This document shows, piece after piece, positions 10,122 through 19,911 of a stretch of DNA of 64,000 nucleotides. The first letter of the stretch is position 1; every line of letters starts with the position of its first letter. A program made the translations under genes and the position numbers. The notes beneath the pieces are model-generated. The model was not told the DNA's origin. It was given only the letters and a program-made list of their open reading frames with translations, and did not search any database. The stretch is from an uncultured Fibrobacterota bacterium. Its GTDB lineage: Bacteria; Fibrobacterota; Chitinivibrionia; Chitinivibrionales; FEN-1185. The stretch is from NCBI GenBank assembly GCA_963753345.1, contig CAVWBU010000019.1, forward strand, positions 32,001 through 96,000, read 5' to 3'.

Positions 10122-11390
10122 ATGGGGATTTCGAAAAAGACGCTGAGAGACATTGACGTAACAGGAAAGCGCGTGCTCATGCGCGTGGACTTCAACGTTC
10201 CGATGAAAGACGGCGTGGTGCAGGACGACACCCGCATCAAGGCTGCGCTTCCCTCAATCAAGTACGTGCTTGAAAAAGGCTGCAAGAGTCTTGTCCTGAT
10301 GTCCCACCTCGGCGATCCGAAAAAAGACATGAAAAAGGCAAAGGAAAAGGCCGAGAAGGACGGCAAACCGTTTGACGAAAAGAAATACATAGAAGGCAAG
10401 CACCGTATGAAGCCCGTGGCCGAATACCTTGCCAAGTTGCTTGGCAAAGAGGTGAAGTTCGCGCCCGCGTGCATGGGGCCGGAGACCGATGCCATTGTAA
10501 ACGCGCTCCCGCAGGGCGGCATCTGCATGCTCGAGAACACGAGGTTCCACAAGGAGGAAACGTCCAAGGAAGAGTCAGAGCGCGAGGTTCTGGCTACGGC
10601 GCTTGCTAAATACGGCGACGTGTACGTGAACGACGCGTTCGGCACGGCCCATCGGCCGCACGCCTCCACCGAGACCGTCGCGCATCACCTGCCCGCGGTC
10701 GCAGGGTTTCTCATGGAAAAAGAGCTTGAGTATCTTCAGGAAAAGATCGTCAAGAATCCGGCCAAGCCGTTTGTGGCGGTGATCGGCGGGGCAAAGGTGT
10801 CGAGCAAAATCGCGGTGCTCGAAAGCCTGCTTTCCAAGGTGAACACCATCATCATCGGCGGCGGCATGGCGTATACGTTCCTGAAATCGAAGGGCGTTTC
10901 CATCGGCAAGTCGCTTGTCGAGGACGAGATGGTGGAAACGGCGAAAGGCGTTCTTGCCAAGGCCGCGGAAAAGAAAGTCGCGCTTCTGTTGCCGGTCGAT
11001 CACGTCGTGACCCAGCAATTCGCCGCTGATGCTCCTTCAAAGGTGTCCTCCGGCGATGCAATCGAAGATGGCTGGATGGGCATGGACATCGGGCCGAAGA
11101 CCATAGAGAAGTTCAAGGCCGCGCTTGCCGGCGCAAAGACCGTTTTCTGGAACGGCCCCATGGGGGTGTTCGAATTCCCGAAATTCGGCGAGGGCACCAA
11201 AGCCGTGGCCACTATGCTTGCCGGACTTACCGGCGCCACCACCGTTATCGGCGGCGGCGATTCGGTCTCTGCGGTCAACAAGCTGGGCCTTTCTGCCAAA
11301 ATGTCCCATATTTCAACGGGTGGCGGCGCGTCCCTGGAGCTTGTCGAGGGCAAAGAGCTGCCCGGCGTGAAAGCTTTGATGGACAGATAG
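10122..11390 (+). CDS. pgk: Phosphoglycerate kinase
   Basis: RVDFNVP, NDAFGTAHR, GGAKVSSKI, WNGPMGVFE, STGGGASLE; GGAGG RBS. Confidence 0.97.
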   Translation: MGISKKTLRDIDVTGKRVLMRVDFNVPMKDGVVQDDTRIKAALPSIKYVLEKGCKSLVLMSHLGDPKKDMKKAKEKAEKDGKPFDEKKYIEGKHRMKPVAEYLAKLLGKEVKFAPACMGPETDAIVNALPQGGICMLENTRFHKEETSKEESEREVLATALAKYGDVYVNDAFGTAHRPHASTETVAHHLPAVAGFLMEKELEYLQEKIVKNPAKPFVAVIGGAKVSSKIAVLESLLSKVNTIIIGGGMAYTFLKSKGVSIGKSLVEDEMVETAKGVLAKAAEKKVALLLPVDHVVTQQFAADAPSKVSSGDAIEDGWMGMDIGPKTIEKFKAALAGAKTVFWNGPMGVFEFPKFGEGTKAVATMLAGLTGATTVIGGGDSVSAVNKLGLSAKMSHISTGGGASLELVEGKELPGVKALMDR

Positions 11391-11430
11391 TCATAACGTA
11401 TTTTACAAGCCCTAAGGAGAGAAAACCATC

Positions 11431-12186
11431 ATGGCCCGAAAAAAGTTTATAGCAGGCAACTGGAAAATGAATACCACGATTGACGAGGCTGTCATCCTCG
11501 CAAAAGCAGTGGTGGAGAAAATGGGAAAGGTCACCGACGTGGACATCGCTGTGTGCCCGCCCTACATAAGCCTCAAGGCTGTGGCCAGAGCGCTAAAAGA
11601 CTCATCGGTCAAGCTCGGCGCGCAGGACGTTCATTGGGAGGCCAAGGGCGCATTCACCGGCAAGGTGAGCTGCGCGATGCTCAAGAGCGTCGGCGTGGAA
11701 TATGTGATAATCGGCCATTCGGAACAGCGACAGTATTTCCACGAGACAAACGAAACCGTCAATAAAAAAGTAATCGCCGCGCTGGCGGCTGGACTTCTGC
11801 CCATTGTGTGCGTGGGAGAGACGCTTGACGAACGCAAAACAGGAAAGCTGTTTTCTATTGTGGAAGCGCAGACGAAAGGCGCTTTTGCGGGCGTTTCCAA
11901 AGCCGACGCCCTTACATGCACCATCGCTTATGAACCGGTATGGGCCATCGGCACGGGTGAAGTCGCGACGCCCGAACAGGCCAACGAGATGCACGTGTTC
12001 ATCCGTAAGCAGATTTCGTCGATATACGATACCGATACGGCCGCCGCCATGCGCATCCAGTACGGCGGCAGCATGAAGCCCGACAACGCTAAAGCACTGC
12101 TCGCGCTTTCGGACGTGGACGGCGGGCTCATCGGCGGCGCCGCTCTCAAGGCAGACGATTTCTTCGGGATTGTCAAACCTACATAA
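11431..12186 (+). CDS. tpiA: Triosephosphate isomerase
   Basis: AGNWKMN, GHSE, AYEPVWAIGTG, YGGS. Confidence 0.97.
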   Translation: MARKKFIAGNWKMNTTIDEAVILAKAVVEKMGKVTDVDIAVCPPYISLKAVARALKDSSVKLGAQDVHWEAKGAFTGKVSCAMLKSVGVEYVIIGHSEQRQYFHETNETVNKKVIAALAAGLLPIVCVGETLDERKTGKLFSIVEAQTKGAFAGVSKADALTCTIAYEPVWAIGTGEVATPEQANEMHVFIRKQISSIYDTDTAAAMRIQYGGSMKPDNAKALLALSDVDGGLIGGAALKADDFFGIVKPT

Positions 12187-12208
12187 AGGGTAGTAAGGCC
12201 GGGTAGTT

Positions 12209-12715
12209 ATGCTGTTTGGAATCGGACTTGTCATTTTCGTGATCATCTGCGTTTTCCTTTGCCTGCTCATCCTTATTCAGTCGGACAAGGGTGGCGGTAT
12301 ATCGGGCGCGCTCGGCGGCGGGTTTTCCAGTGCGACCAACCTGCTGGGTTCGCAGGACACGGCAAACATCCTCACGCGCGCAACCGCGATTTCGGCCGGG
12401 ATATACTTGGGGCTGTGCCTTCTCCTGTCGATTTTCCTGTCCCATCCTTCGGGCGCGCAGGTGAAGTCCGCGCTCAAGGAACGGGCCGAAAAGCAGGGCA
12501 ATTATTCTCCTGCATCCGCGCTGCAGGGGCAGCAGGGACTCCCCATCGGCAATCCCGGCGGCGGAGCAGCTCTCCCGCCGGGCGGCCTACCTGCGCCGCA
12601 GGGGGTTCCCGCTCCGCAGGGTAGCGTGCCGCAGACGACGCCGGCACAGGGCGGACAGGCACAGTCACCGCTTACGGTGCCGAAGGTGCCCGCGCCGTCC
12701 AAGGGGAACAAGTAA
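12209..12715 (+). CDS. secG: Preprotein translocase SecG with Pro/Gln-rich tail
   Basis: Two TM helices with a LIQSDKGGG glycine linker; conserved tpiA-secG-tRNA-Leu order. Confidence 0.9.
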   Translation: MLFGIGLVIFVIICVFLCLLILIQSDKGGGISGALGGGFSSATNLLGSQDTANILTRATAISAGIYLGLCLLLSIFLSHPSGAQVKSALKERAEKQGNYSPASALQGQQGLPIGNPGGGAALPPGGLPAPQGVPAPQGSVPQTTPAQGGQAQSPLTVPKVPAPSKGNK

Positions 12716-12731
12716 GTAGCATTTGTTACGT

Positions 12732-12818
12732 GCGGTCGTGGTGGAATTGGTAGACACGCATGTTTGAGGGGCATGTGGGAGTAATCCTGTGTCGGTTCAA
12801 ATCCGACCGACCGCACCA
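12732..12818 (+). tRNA. tRNA-Leu(GAG)
   Basis: GCGGTCG/CGACCGC acceptor stem, CATGT-TTGAGGG-GCATG anticodon arm, long variable arm, GGTTCAAATCC T-loop, encoded CCA. Confidence 0.95.
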
Positions 12819-12843
12819 TCGTTGAGATATCCTCTTTGTCAAT

Positions 12844-12869
12844 GGCTCCGCGAAAGCGGGGCCTTTTTT
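12844..12869 (+). terminator. Rho-independent terminator after tRNA
   Basis: GGCTCCGC-GAAA-GCGGGGCC then TTTTTT. Confidence 0.85.
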
Positions 12870-13030
12870 CTTGGACGGTTTTCCCGTCGTCTCACTCCGC
12901 CCTATAGATACCCGCTCTGCGCAGAGTAAGAGTAGCTGGTTGCGTCGCATCGGAGAATAAATGATCGTGGCGGGTATTCGTTGCAGGAGAATTATATTTT
13001 ATAAACAAACGTTCCTGCCCGAGGTAATGA

Positions 13031-13315
13031 ATGCCTTTAGATAAAACGCAAATTCTTTCGTTCCTGAGGAGTAACACCCGACTCTTTTCCGAACAGTACA
13101 ACGTACGGCGTATTGGACTTTTCGGTTCTTATGCCCGTGCCCGGCAAAGGCCGGAGAGTGATATTGATATTCTTGTCGAAGGAGAGAACATCGGTGAGTC
13201 GGAATTACGGGAACTTCTTGAGAAGAAGTTCGAAAAGAAGGTTGACATAGTCAAAGAAAACTCTCTTTTCAATTTCATGAAATACATCATTCATAAAGAG
13301 ACGGAATATGCTTGA
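13031..13315 (+). CDS. MNT (MntA-like) nucleotidyltransferase antitoxin
   Basis: FGSYAR...SDIDILV motif, about 94 aa, overlaps the HEPN gene. Confidence 0.9.
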   Translation: MPLDKTQILSFLRSNTRLFSEQYNVRRIGLFGSYARARQRPESDIDILVEGENIGESELRELLEKKFEKKVDIVKENSLFNFMKYIIHKETEYA

Positions 13316-13733
13316 AGCCAAGGATGCGGGTTACCTGCTTGCCATGCTCAAGATGTGTGACGATATCGAATCATACAAGTCAGAATTCGAGACGATTGAG
13401 GCTGCCCTGGAAAAAAGGATCTGGATAAATGCCGTTTTAATGAACCTGTCGCAGATAGGAGAATACGCGGGAAGAATAAGCGAGTCAACCACCGGGAAAT
13501 ACGGCTCGGTCGACTGGAAACGGATCAAAGGCCTGAGAAACATCATTGTTCATGATTATTTCGGAGTTGATCTTGAGAGAGTCCGCTCAATTGTTCAGGA
13601 ATATGTGCCATCCTTGACAAAGGAACTAACCAGGATCATTTGCCAGAGCGTCGCTGACGGAGAAATGGATAGGGGATTGGTGGATGCGGCGAATTCTGAC
13701 ATGAGAGCCATTAAGATCGTTTTACCTTCCTGA
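13308..13733 (+). CDS. HEPN/DUF86 (HepT-like) RNase toxin
   Basis: RNIIVHDY = RX4HXY motif. Confidence 0.9.
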   Translation: MLEAKDAGYLLAMLKMCDDIESYKSEFETIEAALEKRIWINAVLMNLSQIGEYAGRISESTTGKYGSVDWKRIKGLRNIIVHDYFGVDLERVRSIVQEYVPSLTKELTRIICQSVADGEMDRGLVDAANSDMRAIKIVLPS

Positions 13734-13812
13734 ACATCGTGTCTCTTGTACCCTTGACTATCATTGTTACCCACATTTCTGCAATGTCATTTCATACTAA
13801 CGTCTTCTGACC

Positions 13813-14856
13813 ATGGTAAAACCCAACCTTAAAGACCTCCCCCTGTCTTCCCTCGCCGAAGCAATGGCCTCTTTGGGCCAGCCTTCATTCCGTGCCCGCC
13901 AGGTGACGAAATGGCTGTATCAAAAACGCGTCGATTCCTTCGATGCAATGGCGAACATATCAAAGGAAGCGCGGAGATTGTTCGCCGAGAACTTCACCAT
14001 TGGGAAATTGCCCCTGACGGCAGTAATCGCGTCGGAAGAAGGCGATGCAATCAAGTTCGGGTTCGGGCTTGCGGATTCGGAATACCTCGTGGAGAGCGTG
14101 CTCCTTGTCGAAGGGGAACGCCGCACCGCGTGCCTGTCGAGCCAGCTCGGCTGCGGGCTCGGCTGCGTGTTCTGCGCGACCGGCGCCATGGGGTTTGTGC
14201 GCAACCTGACCCAGGCCGAGATTCTGGGACAGCTTATCGGCATCAACGACTATCAGGCGTCAAGGAGCGACAAACTCGTCACCAACATCGTGTTTATGGG
14301 CATGGGCGAGGCGCTGTCGAATTTCGACAATTTCCTTTCGTCGATTCGGATCATCAATGCCGAAGACGCCTTTACCATCGGCAGCCGGCGCATCACGGTG
14401 TCCACGGCCGGTGTGATCCCGTCGATCCGCAGGCTCATGCAGCAGGACCTGCCCGTGGGGCTGGCAATCTCGCTCAACGCGCACGACAACGCGATCCGCA
14501 GCAGGATAATGCCCGTGAACAGGACCTATCCCATTGAGGATCTTGTGAAGATCGCGGGCGAGTACTTTGACAAGACCGGAAGGCCGGTAACGTTCGAATA
14601 CATCCTTGTCGAAGGCGAAAACGACGGAGCGGAGGCGGTGAGCGCGCTCGCCGCGTTGTTGAACAAGATCGTTTGCAAGGTAAACGTTATTTCGCTTAAC
14701 CCGGCCGGATCTGGAGTCTCTAGGGGACCCGGTGAAGAAAAGGTGGGGCGGTTTGTGCAGGCGCTATTTGACAAAGGCCTTAATGCGACGATCCGGCGGA
14801 GCAAGGGGAGGGATATAAGCGGGGCGTGCGGGCAATTAGGGGGCAGAAAGAGATAG
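13813..14856 (+). CDS. rlmN: 23S rRNA/tRNA m2A radical SAM methyltransferase
   Basis: SSQLGCGLGCVFCATG, MGMGE, GRDISGACGQL. Confidence 0.95.
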   Translation: MVKPNLKDLPLSSLAEAMASLGQPSFRARQVTKWLYQKRVDSFDAMANISKEARRLFAENFTIGKLPLTAVIASEEGDAIKFGFGLADSEYLVESVLLVEGERRTACLSSQLGCGLGCVFCATGAMGFVRNLTQAEILGQLIGINDYQASRSDKLVTNIVFMGMGEALSNFDNFLSSIRIINAEDAFTIGSRRITVSTAGVIPSIRRLMQQDLPVGLAISLNAHDNAIRSRIMPVNRTYPIEDLVKIAGEYFDKTGRPVTFEYILVEGENDGAEAVSALAALLNKIVCKVNVISLNPAGSGVSRGPGEEKVGRFVQALFDKGLNATIRRSKGRDISGACGQLGGRKR

Positions 14857-14864
14857 GAAAAGAC

Positions 14865-15046
14865 TTGGGCGTTCCCCGCGCCGAAGGCGCGGGTCGGTTC
14901 TCCCTCCGGTCTCGGGCTCGCCCTCGGGCCGCCTCGGCCCTATGCATTTTGTGGAGACGTAGCGTGGTACGTCTCCACAAAATGCCGGGTCCGGACGGCA
15001 CCGCTCTCTAGAGCGGCCTCCGGTCGCCCCTAACGCGCGGCATAAG
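14865..15046 (+). repeat. Dispersed repeat module B carrying a perfect 18-bp palindrome (14944-14985)
   Basis: TTGGGCG..TCCGGTCTCGG..GGGCCGCCTCGGCCCTATGC..GGGTCCGG.CGGCACC shared with copies at 26.8, 47.5, 48.0, 53.6 and 60.4 kb. Confidence 0.85.
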
Positions 15047-15107
15047 TTGGCATCCGCAAATCACATGTGCGCTTCGCAATAAATACAGAACTTCTCGGGG
15101 AACAGTT

Positions 15108-15144
15108 CCCCCTCTCCTGGAGGAGAGGGGGTCAGGGGGTGAGG
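15108..15144 (-). repeat. Module E REP-like hairpin
   Basis: Reverse complement of the CCTCACCCC..CCCTCTCC..GGAGAGGG unit at 8529 and 38325. Confidence 0.75.
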
Positions 15145-15159
15145 CCTTCCACAATGGTT

Positions 15160-15321
15160 GCGTTGCGAAGGGACGACGCTTCGCGAGCGTCAGCGAGTGA
15201 ACTCGCGCGGCCCTTCGCAGGAGGGGGTGTGCCCCCGGATCGCCGCCGCGTTTGAAAGGATGTTATAGTTGACGCGGCGGAAGCCGGGGGCCAGGGGGAA
15301 ACGCGAAGCGGTGCCCCCACC
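15160..15321 (+). repeat. Dispersed repeat module C
   Basis: GGATCGCCGCCGC..GCGGCGGAAGCCGGGGGCCAGGGGGAAACGCGAAGCGGTGCCCCCACC; inverse copies at 42695 and 62140. Confidence 0.85.
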
Positions 15322-15334
15322 AGGTATTGATAAA

Positions 15335-18146
15335 TTAAAATTGAAATTCTATCCCCAGCGCCGGGCGGGTGATGTCGGAAATGAACTGCTTCTCGGTGTA
15401 GTCGTAGTTCCAGAAATACCCCCCGGTTTCCGGGCTCTTGTAGCCGTAACCGAAGAGATTGCTCAGGTTGGTCACGTCGAGGTAGATGTCCCAGATCCAG
15501 TTCTTAAAGATAAACTTTCTCTCGTACCGCATGTCAAGCGAGAAGAACGGGTCCATGCGCGCCGAATTGGTCGCGCCGTACAGCGGAACGTACGAACGGC
15601 TGGTGGCGTCGAACCACTTGACGCCGAGCACCGGCGTGGTGGGGTCGCCGGTGACGTAACGGACCCGGGCGCCCAGCTCCCTGTTTCCCTTGAACCTGAA
15701 GCTTCCCACAAGCTGAAGGTTGTGGGTCTCGTCCTTGCCGAACAGGTCCCACTTCTGCTCGTCGAAATTGTAGCGCTCGCTTCTTGACAAAGAGTATGCT
15801 ATCCAGCCGAAGAAGTGTTTCCCCTGGTCGTGGCGGATCATGACCTCCAGCCCGTACATGCGCCCCAAACCGTCGCCGTAGTATTTCTCCACGTCGGTCG
15901 GATCGGCCGCGAGATCGGCGGCGGTCGGCGTGCGGGCGAGGTCCCACTGGCGGTTGTAATAAACCTGAACATCCGCGTTGACGAGGTCGGTCGCCTGCCA
16001 TTCGTACCCCAGAACGTACTGGCTCCCCTTTTCCGCGGGCAGGTTGGGATTGCCCCACACCTTGTCGATTGACTCGCCCATGGGCTGGGGCGTCTCGTTG
16101 TAGGTCCCGAGCGATCCCTTTATGGTGTGGTTCTTGACAAGCTCATATTTCGCCGCAAGCCTCAGCGACGGCTCTCCGGACGTGGGCTGGCTGTTGCTCA
16201 TGTTGTAGTCCCAGAATTCCGGGATAAACGCCCCGTGGTAGTTCCTGAGTTCCGGATAGTAGTCGTACCGCAGGCCGGGCATTAAAAGCAGCTTTTTAAT
16301 GGGACGCCATTCCGCGTTGACATACGCGCCGATGGGCCCGAACGTGTACTGCGACGTGTCCTTCACGATGCTGTTCTGCGCGTTCGGAATGAGGAGCGTG
16401 AGCTGGTAGGGGACAATCGACATGTCGGCGCCGAAGTTGATCTTCAGGCGGTCGGAAAGGGACCATGCAAGCTGGTCGCGGAAGTAATGGGCGAGCTCGT
16501 CTCCCTGCATGTTCAAGAACCCGAACGCAGTAATTCCGGTTACATACTTGGTGAGCGAATAGCGCATTTCGTTTTTCAGCGAGGGATCGATGTCCCAGTC
16601 CCAGCCAAGAATTCCCATGTCGAAATACTGCTCGCTCGAGAGTTCGTTGGTGGCGCTGGTAATGTCCGAGCTTCCGCCCCGGACCTGGCCCGTAATGAGG
16701 TCGAGCCTGTCCTTCGAGCCGAACAGCGTGAGGTAGAAATGCATGTCCTTGTTGGGCTTGTAGTCGGTCCGGAAGATGTAGTCCCAGTAAAACGGCACCG
16801 CGGTAAAGAAGAGATTTTCGTGGAGCACGTCGGTAAGCACGAAGTTAAGCACATTGGCGATGTAACTCCGCCGCAGTGTGAGCAGGAAGGAAAGCTGGTT
16901 GGTGATGGGACCTTCGACGAACACCGACGCGTCGAAGAGGTTGCCGTCGAGGTAGCCGTGGAGCCTGTCGGTCTTCGGTTCGCGGCCCTTGATTTCGACG
17001 ATGCCGCCGAGCGCGCCGCCGTACCGCGTGCCCCAGCCGCCGGGATACAGGTCAACCGTGGCGAGCGCGTCGGAATTGTAGGTGGATTTGAGCCCGCCGA
17101 AATGAAACAGGAGCGGCAGGGAAACGCCGTCGAGAAAATACCGCGTGTCTCCCGTTCCGGACCCGCGCACGATGATGCCCGCCGCGTCGAAGGCCGACCG
17201 CGCCACGCCCGGAAGCGCCAGCACCACCTTGACGGCGTCGCCGCCCAGGCCCGGCACTTTCTTGACTTCGTTGAGCGTGAGGGTGTATTGCTCGACCTCT
17301 TTCTTCTCGGTCTTTCCGTACACCACGATTTCGTATTCGCTGTACGAAAATCTCTGGATGTGGTAGGTGATTACCTTTACCATCCCCCGCTGAATCGATT
17401 CGTTTTCGACAAGCTGCTCGTAGCCGGGGCACACCACCTTTATGGTGATGGGGCCGCAGGGGAGCGAAGAGAAGCTGAAGTTGCCCGCCGAGTCGGTGAG
17501 CGTCACGACGGCGTTTTCCTCGCAGTGCTGGTTGCCGAATTTGCAGATTTTCTTCAGGTACGCGCCGAACGGAACGCTCAGCGAAGAATCCGCCGTGGTG
17601 TCGCGATAACTCACAATGACGGTCGCGTCGCGAACAGGCGCGCGCGTGCCGCGTTCGAGCAGCCGGCCCTTGAGGTTAACGTATTGTTCGATTTTTTCGG
17701 CGACTTCCTGAAGGGAGAACCGGTAGACATATTGCAGGATAACCGGGACCGGCCTGCCGCCCGCCTTTGCGGGCGCGAAACTGAACCGCTTTGCCGCCGC
17801 CGCTGCGCTTGAGTCGAGCAGCGGATAAAACCCCCGCACGATCGCCACCGAATCGACCCTGCCGAGCGTGTCCACCACGAGGTCGAGCACCACCGCGCCC
17901 TCGACGCCTTTTTTGACAAGATCTGGCGGATACTCTGCCTTGACAAATTCAAGAAGCCGCGGCATGGAGTCGATGGCCGGGAGGCTGTCCTGCGCCGCGG
18001 CGCGGGAGGTGTCTGCCGGTGCGGAAGAGGAAGGGGACGGCCTGATGAGGTGCGCTTGTGGTGACCTGGGCGAATGCGAGCGCGGACGCACAACCGATAA
18101 CGAAGCACCCCAGGCGAACCTTTGCGCTGCAAACCGGCAATCGCAT
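15335..18146 (-). CDS. TonB-dependent receptor with N-terminal TonB-C and carboxypeptidase-regulatory-like domains (apparent +1 frameshift near 18040)
   Basis: Signal peptide from the ATG at 18146, just after the tonB stop, shifts into the long ORF. YPPDLVKKGVEGAVVLDLVVDTLGRV (TonB-C); plug motifs LPGV, IVRGSG and YPGGWGTRYGG; terminal Phe. Confidence 0.85.
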
Positions 18147-18148
18147 CG

Positions 18149-18940
18149 TCACTCCTGCAGAAGCACGTATCGGATCGAGAAGGTTATCCACGTCGCAACC
18201 GGTTTGCCGTCTCGCATGGCCGGGTCGAATTCAAGTTTCAAAAATAACTCACGGGCGCTCTCGCGTGTCCCGTACCCGAGGTCGTTGAGGATCTTCACTT
18301 CCTTCACTTTTCCGTCGCCTCCCACGAGCAGTTCGGCCCGGACCACGCCCTGCACCTTGGCGTCGATCATTTCCTTGGTGTATTCGGGTTTGATCTCCTT
18401 CCTGAGGCGGGGCGCCGTGGCCACCGTGGTGATCGACACAAGCGGTCCGGAAAGGTCCTTCCTGGTCGCCGTCACGGTGTCTACGTCTTTGTCAAGCGTG
18501 TTCCCGAGCTTGCCGATCACGGCCTCCGACACCGACCCGCCCGCGCCGATGCCCATGGAATAGACGCGCCGCAGGCCGAACACCGGGCGCGCCGCGTCCT
18601 TTGCCTGCACCGGGGCGTTCTGCACGGGCGCGGTGAAATCCTGCTTCTGGTTGAGCAGCGGCGCCTTGGTGAGGTCAACGGGTTTTTCTTCGGGGGAAAC
18701 GGGCTTGGGTTTGGGGGCAGGCGGTTTTTTCTTTTCGGGAACCACGAATTGCGTGGTGACGGAAATCACCCGTTTCTCCTCGTAGCTCACCGGAAGCGGC
18801 TTGACGGTCCTCAGGTACAGACCCGCGCCGAAGAAAAGGAGAAGCGTGACGCAAAGGACGACGCCGAACAGGTTGTCGTGCGACCGCCGGGGCGGCGCCG
18901 ACAGGAGTTCGAGGGTGGCGTTGTCCATGACTGCCGCCAT
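18149..18940 (-). CDS. tonB: TonB energy transducer
   Basis: N-terminal TM, Pro/Lys-rich linker, KPEYT...VQGVV...FDPA C-domain. Confidence 0.85.
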   Translation of the reverse strand: MAAVMDNATLELLSAPPRRSHDNLFGVVLCVTLLLFFGAGLYLRTVKPLPVSYEEKRVISVTTQFVVPEKKKPPAPKPKPVSPEEKPVDLTKAPLLNQKQDFTAPVQNAPVQAKDAARPVFGLRRVYSMGIGAGGSVSEAVIGKLGNTLDKDVDTVTATRKDLSGPLVSITTVATAPRLRKEIKPEYTKEMIDAKVQGVVRAELLVGGDGKVKEVKILNDLGYGTRESARELFLKLEFDPAMRDGKPVATWITFSIRYVLLQE

Positions 18941-18943
18941 AGG

Positions 18944-19399
18944 CTAGTCCTCAATGACAAGCACCGAAAAATCGGTAAAGCCCGCCTTGCTGCAGGTGTA
19001 CATGACGCGCTTGACAATGTTGAATTCCAGGTCCCGGTCGCACTGGATAATGATCCGCTTCGATTCGCCGGTCTTCCTCCGGGTGAGCCACTCGTACACG
19101 CCGCCGACGAGCAGATCGGGCGACGCGGCGAACGACGCGTTGGCCGCGAGCTTTCTGCCGTCGGCAACGACCGCGTCCCGCGTGATCTCCACCATCAGGC
19201 TGGGACTCGGCTGCTGCTTGGAGGACGACAGGGGCAGGGTGAGGTCCGACGACGGCGTGACGAGCGTGCCTTCGGCGTTGAAGCTCTGGATGAGAAAGAC
19301 AAGGAGGAGCGTGAGAATGTCGATGAGGGAGGTCATCTGCGGCTTGATGAGGTCGCCGATGCCTTCCGCCGGGGAGAATTTCTTTTTGTGCAGGTTCAT
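18944..19399 (-). CDS. exbD: ExbD/TolR family protein
   Basis: MTSLIDILTLLLVFL TM with the conserved Asp; IIQCDRDLEF. Confidence 0.88.
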   Translation of the reverse strand: MNLHKKKFSPAEGIGDLIKPQMTSLIDILTLLLVFLIQSFNAEGTLVTPSSDLTLPLSSSKQQPSPSLMVEITRDAVVADGRKLAANASFAASPDLLVGGVYEWLTRRKTGESKRIIIQCDRDLEFNIVKRVMYTCSKAGFTDFSVLVIED

Positions 19400-19911
19400 C
19401 GTGCACTTACCGGAGCGCCGGCCGGGTTTTCCGTCGCGCTGGCGAGGCTCACTTTTTCGAACCCGGTCTTCTTGCATGCGTCCATGATGCGCACCACGTA
19501 CCGGAAATGGATGCCGTCGCGCGGGGCCACGATAACCTCGTCCTTGACGTCTGCGCCGGCGCGGCGGACCTGCAGCTTGGAAGCGAGCACCTCGTAGGGA
19601 TATTCGTCGCCCGTGCGGGGAATGGAATCGAGCAACGATTCGCCCAAGGTAATGAGACAGTACGATTGCGCAACAAGAACGGTAATCTTTACTTTCGGTT
19701 TTTCGTTCGCGGCGCCCGGCGCGGCCGCCGCGGTCACGTTGGGCGGCAGCGACATGTCGATGACCGCGAGGTTCGTGTACACCGCCACCGACACGAGAAA
19801 GGGGATAAGGATGATGAGGACATTCATGATCGGCTTGACGTCGACGTCTATTTCCGCCTCGATGACCTCGGACGGAAGAAACCCCTTTTTCCCCACCGAC
19901 AGCGTTTTCAC
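19396..19911 (-). CDS. exbD: ExbD/TolR family protein (TM Asp replaced by Asn)
   Basis: PIMNVLIILIPFL TM; VVRIMDACKKTGF. Confidence 0.85.
   Translation of the reverse strand: MKTLSVGKKGFLPSEVIEAEIDVDVKPIMNVLIILIPFLVSVAVYTNLAVIDMSLPPNVTAAAAPGAANEKPKVKITVLVAQSYCLITLGESLLDSIPRTGDEYPYEVLASKLQVRRAGADVKDEVIVAPRDGIHFRYVVRIMDACKKTGFEKVSLASATENPAGAPVSAR

Noticed and set aside
12790-13800. Integrative element at tRNA-Leu
   Set aside because: No integrase and no duplicated tRNA 3' end found downstream
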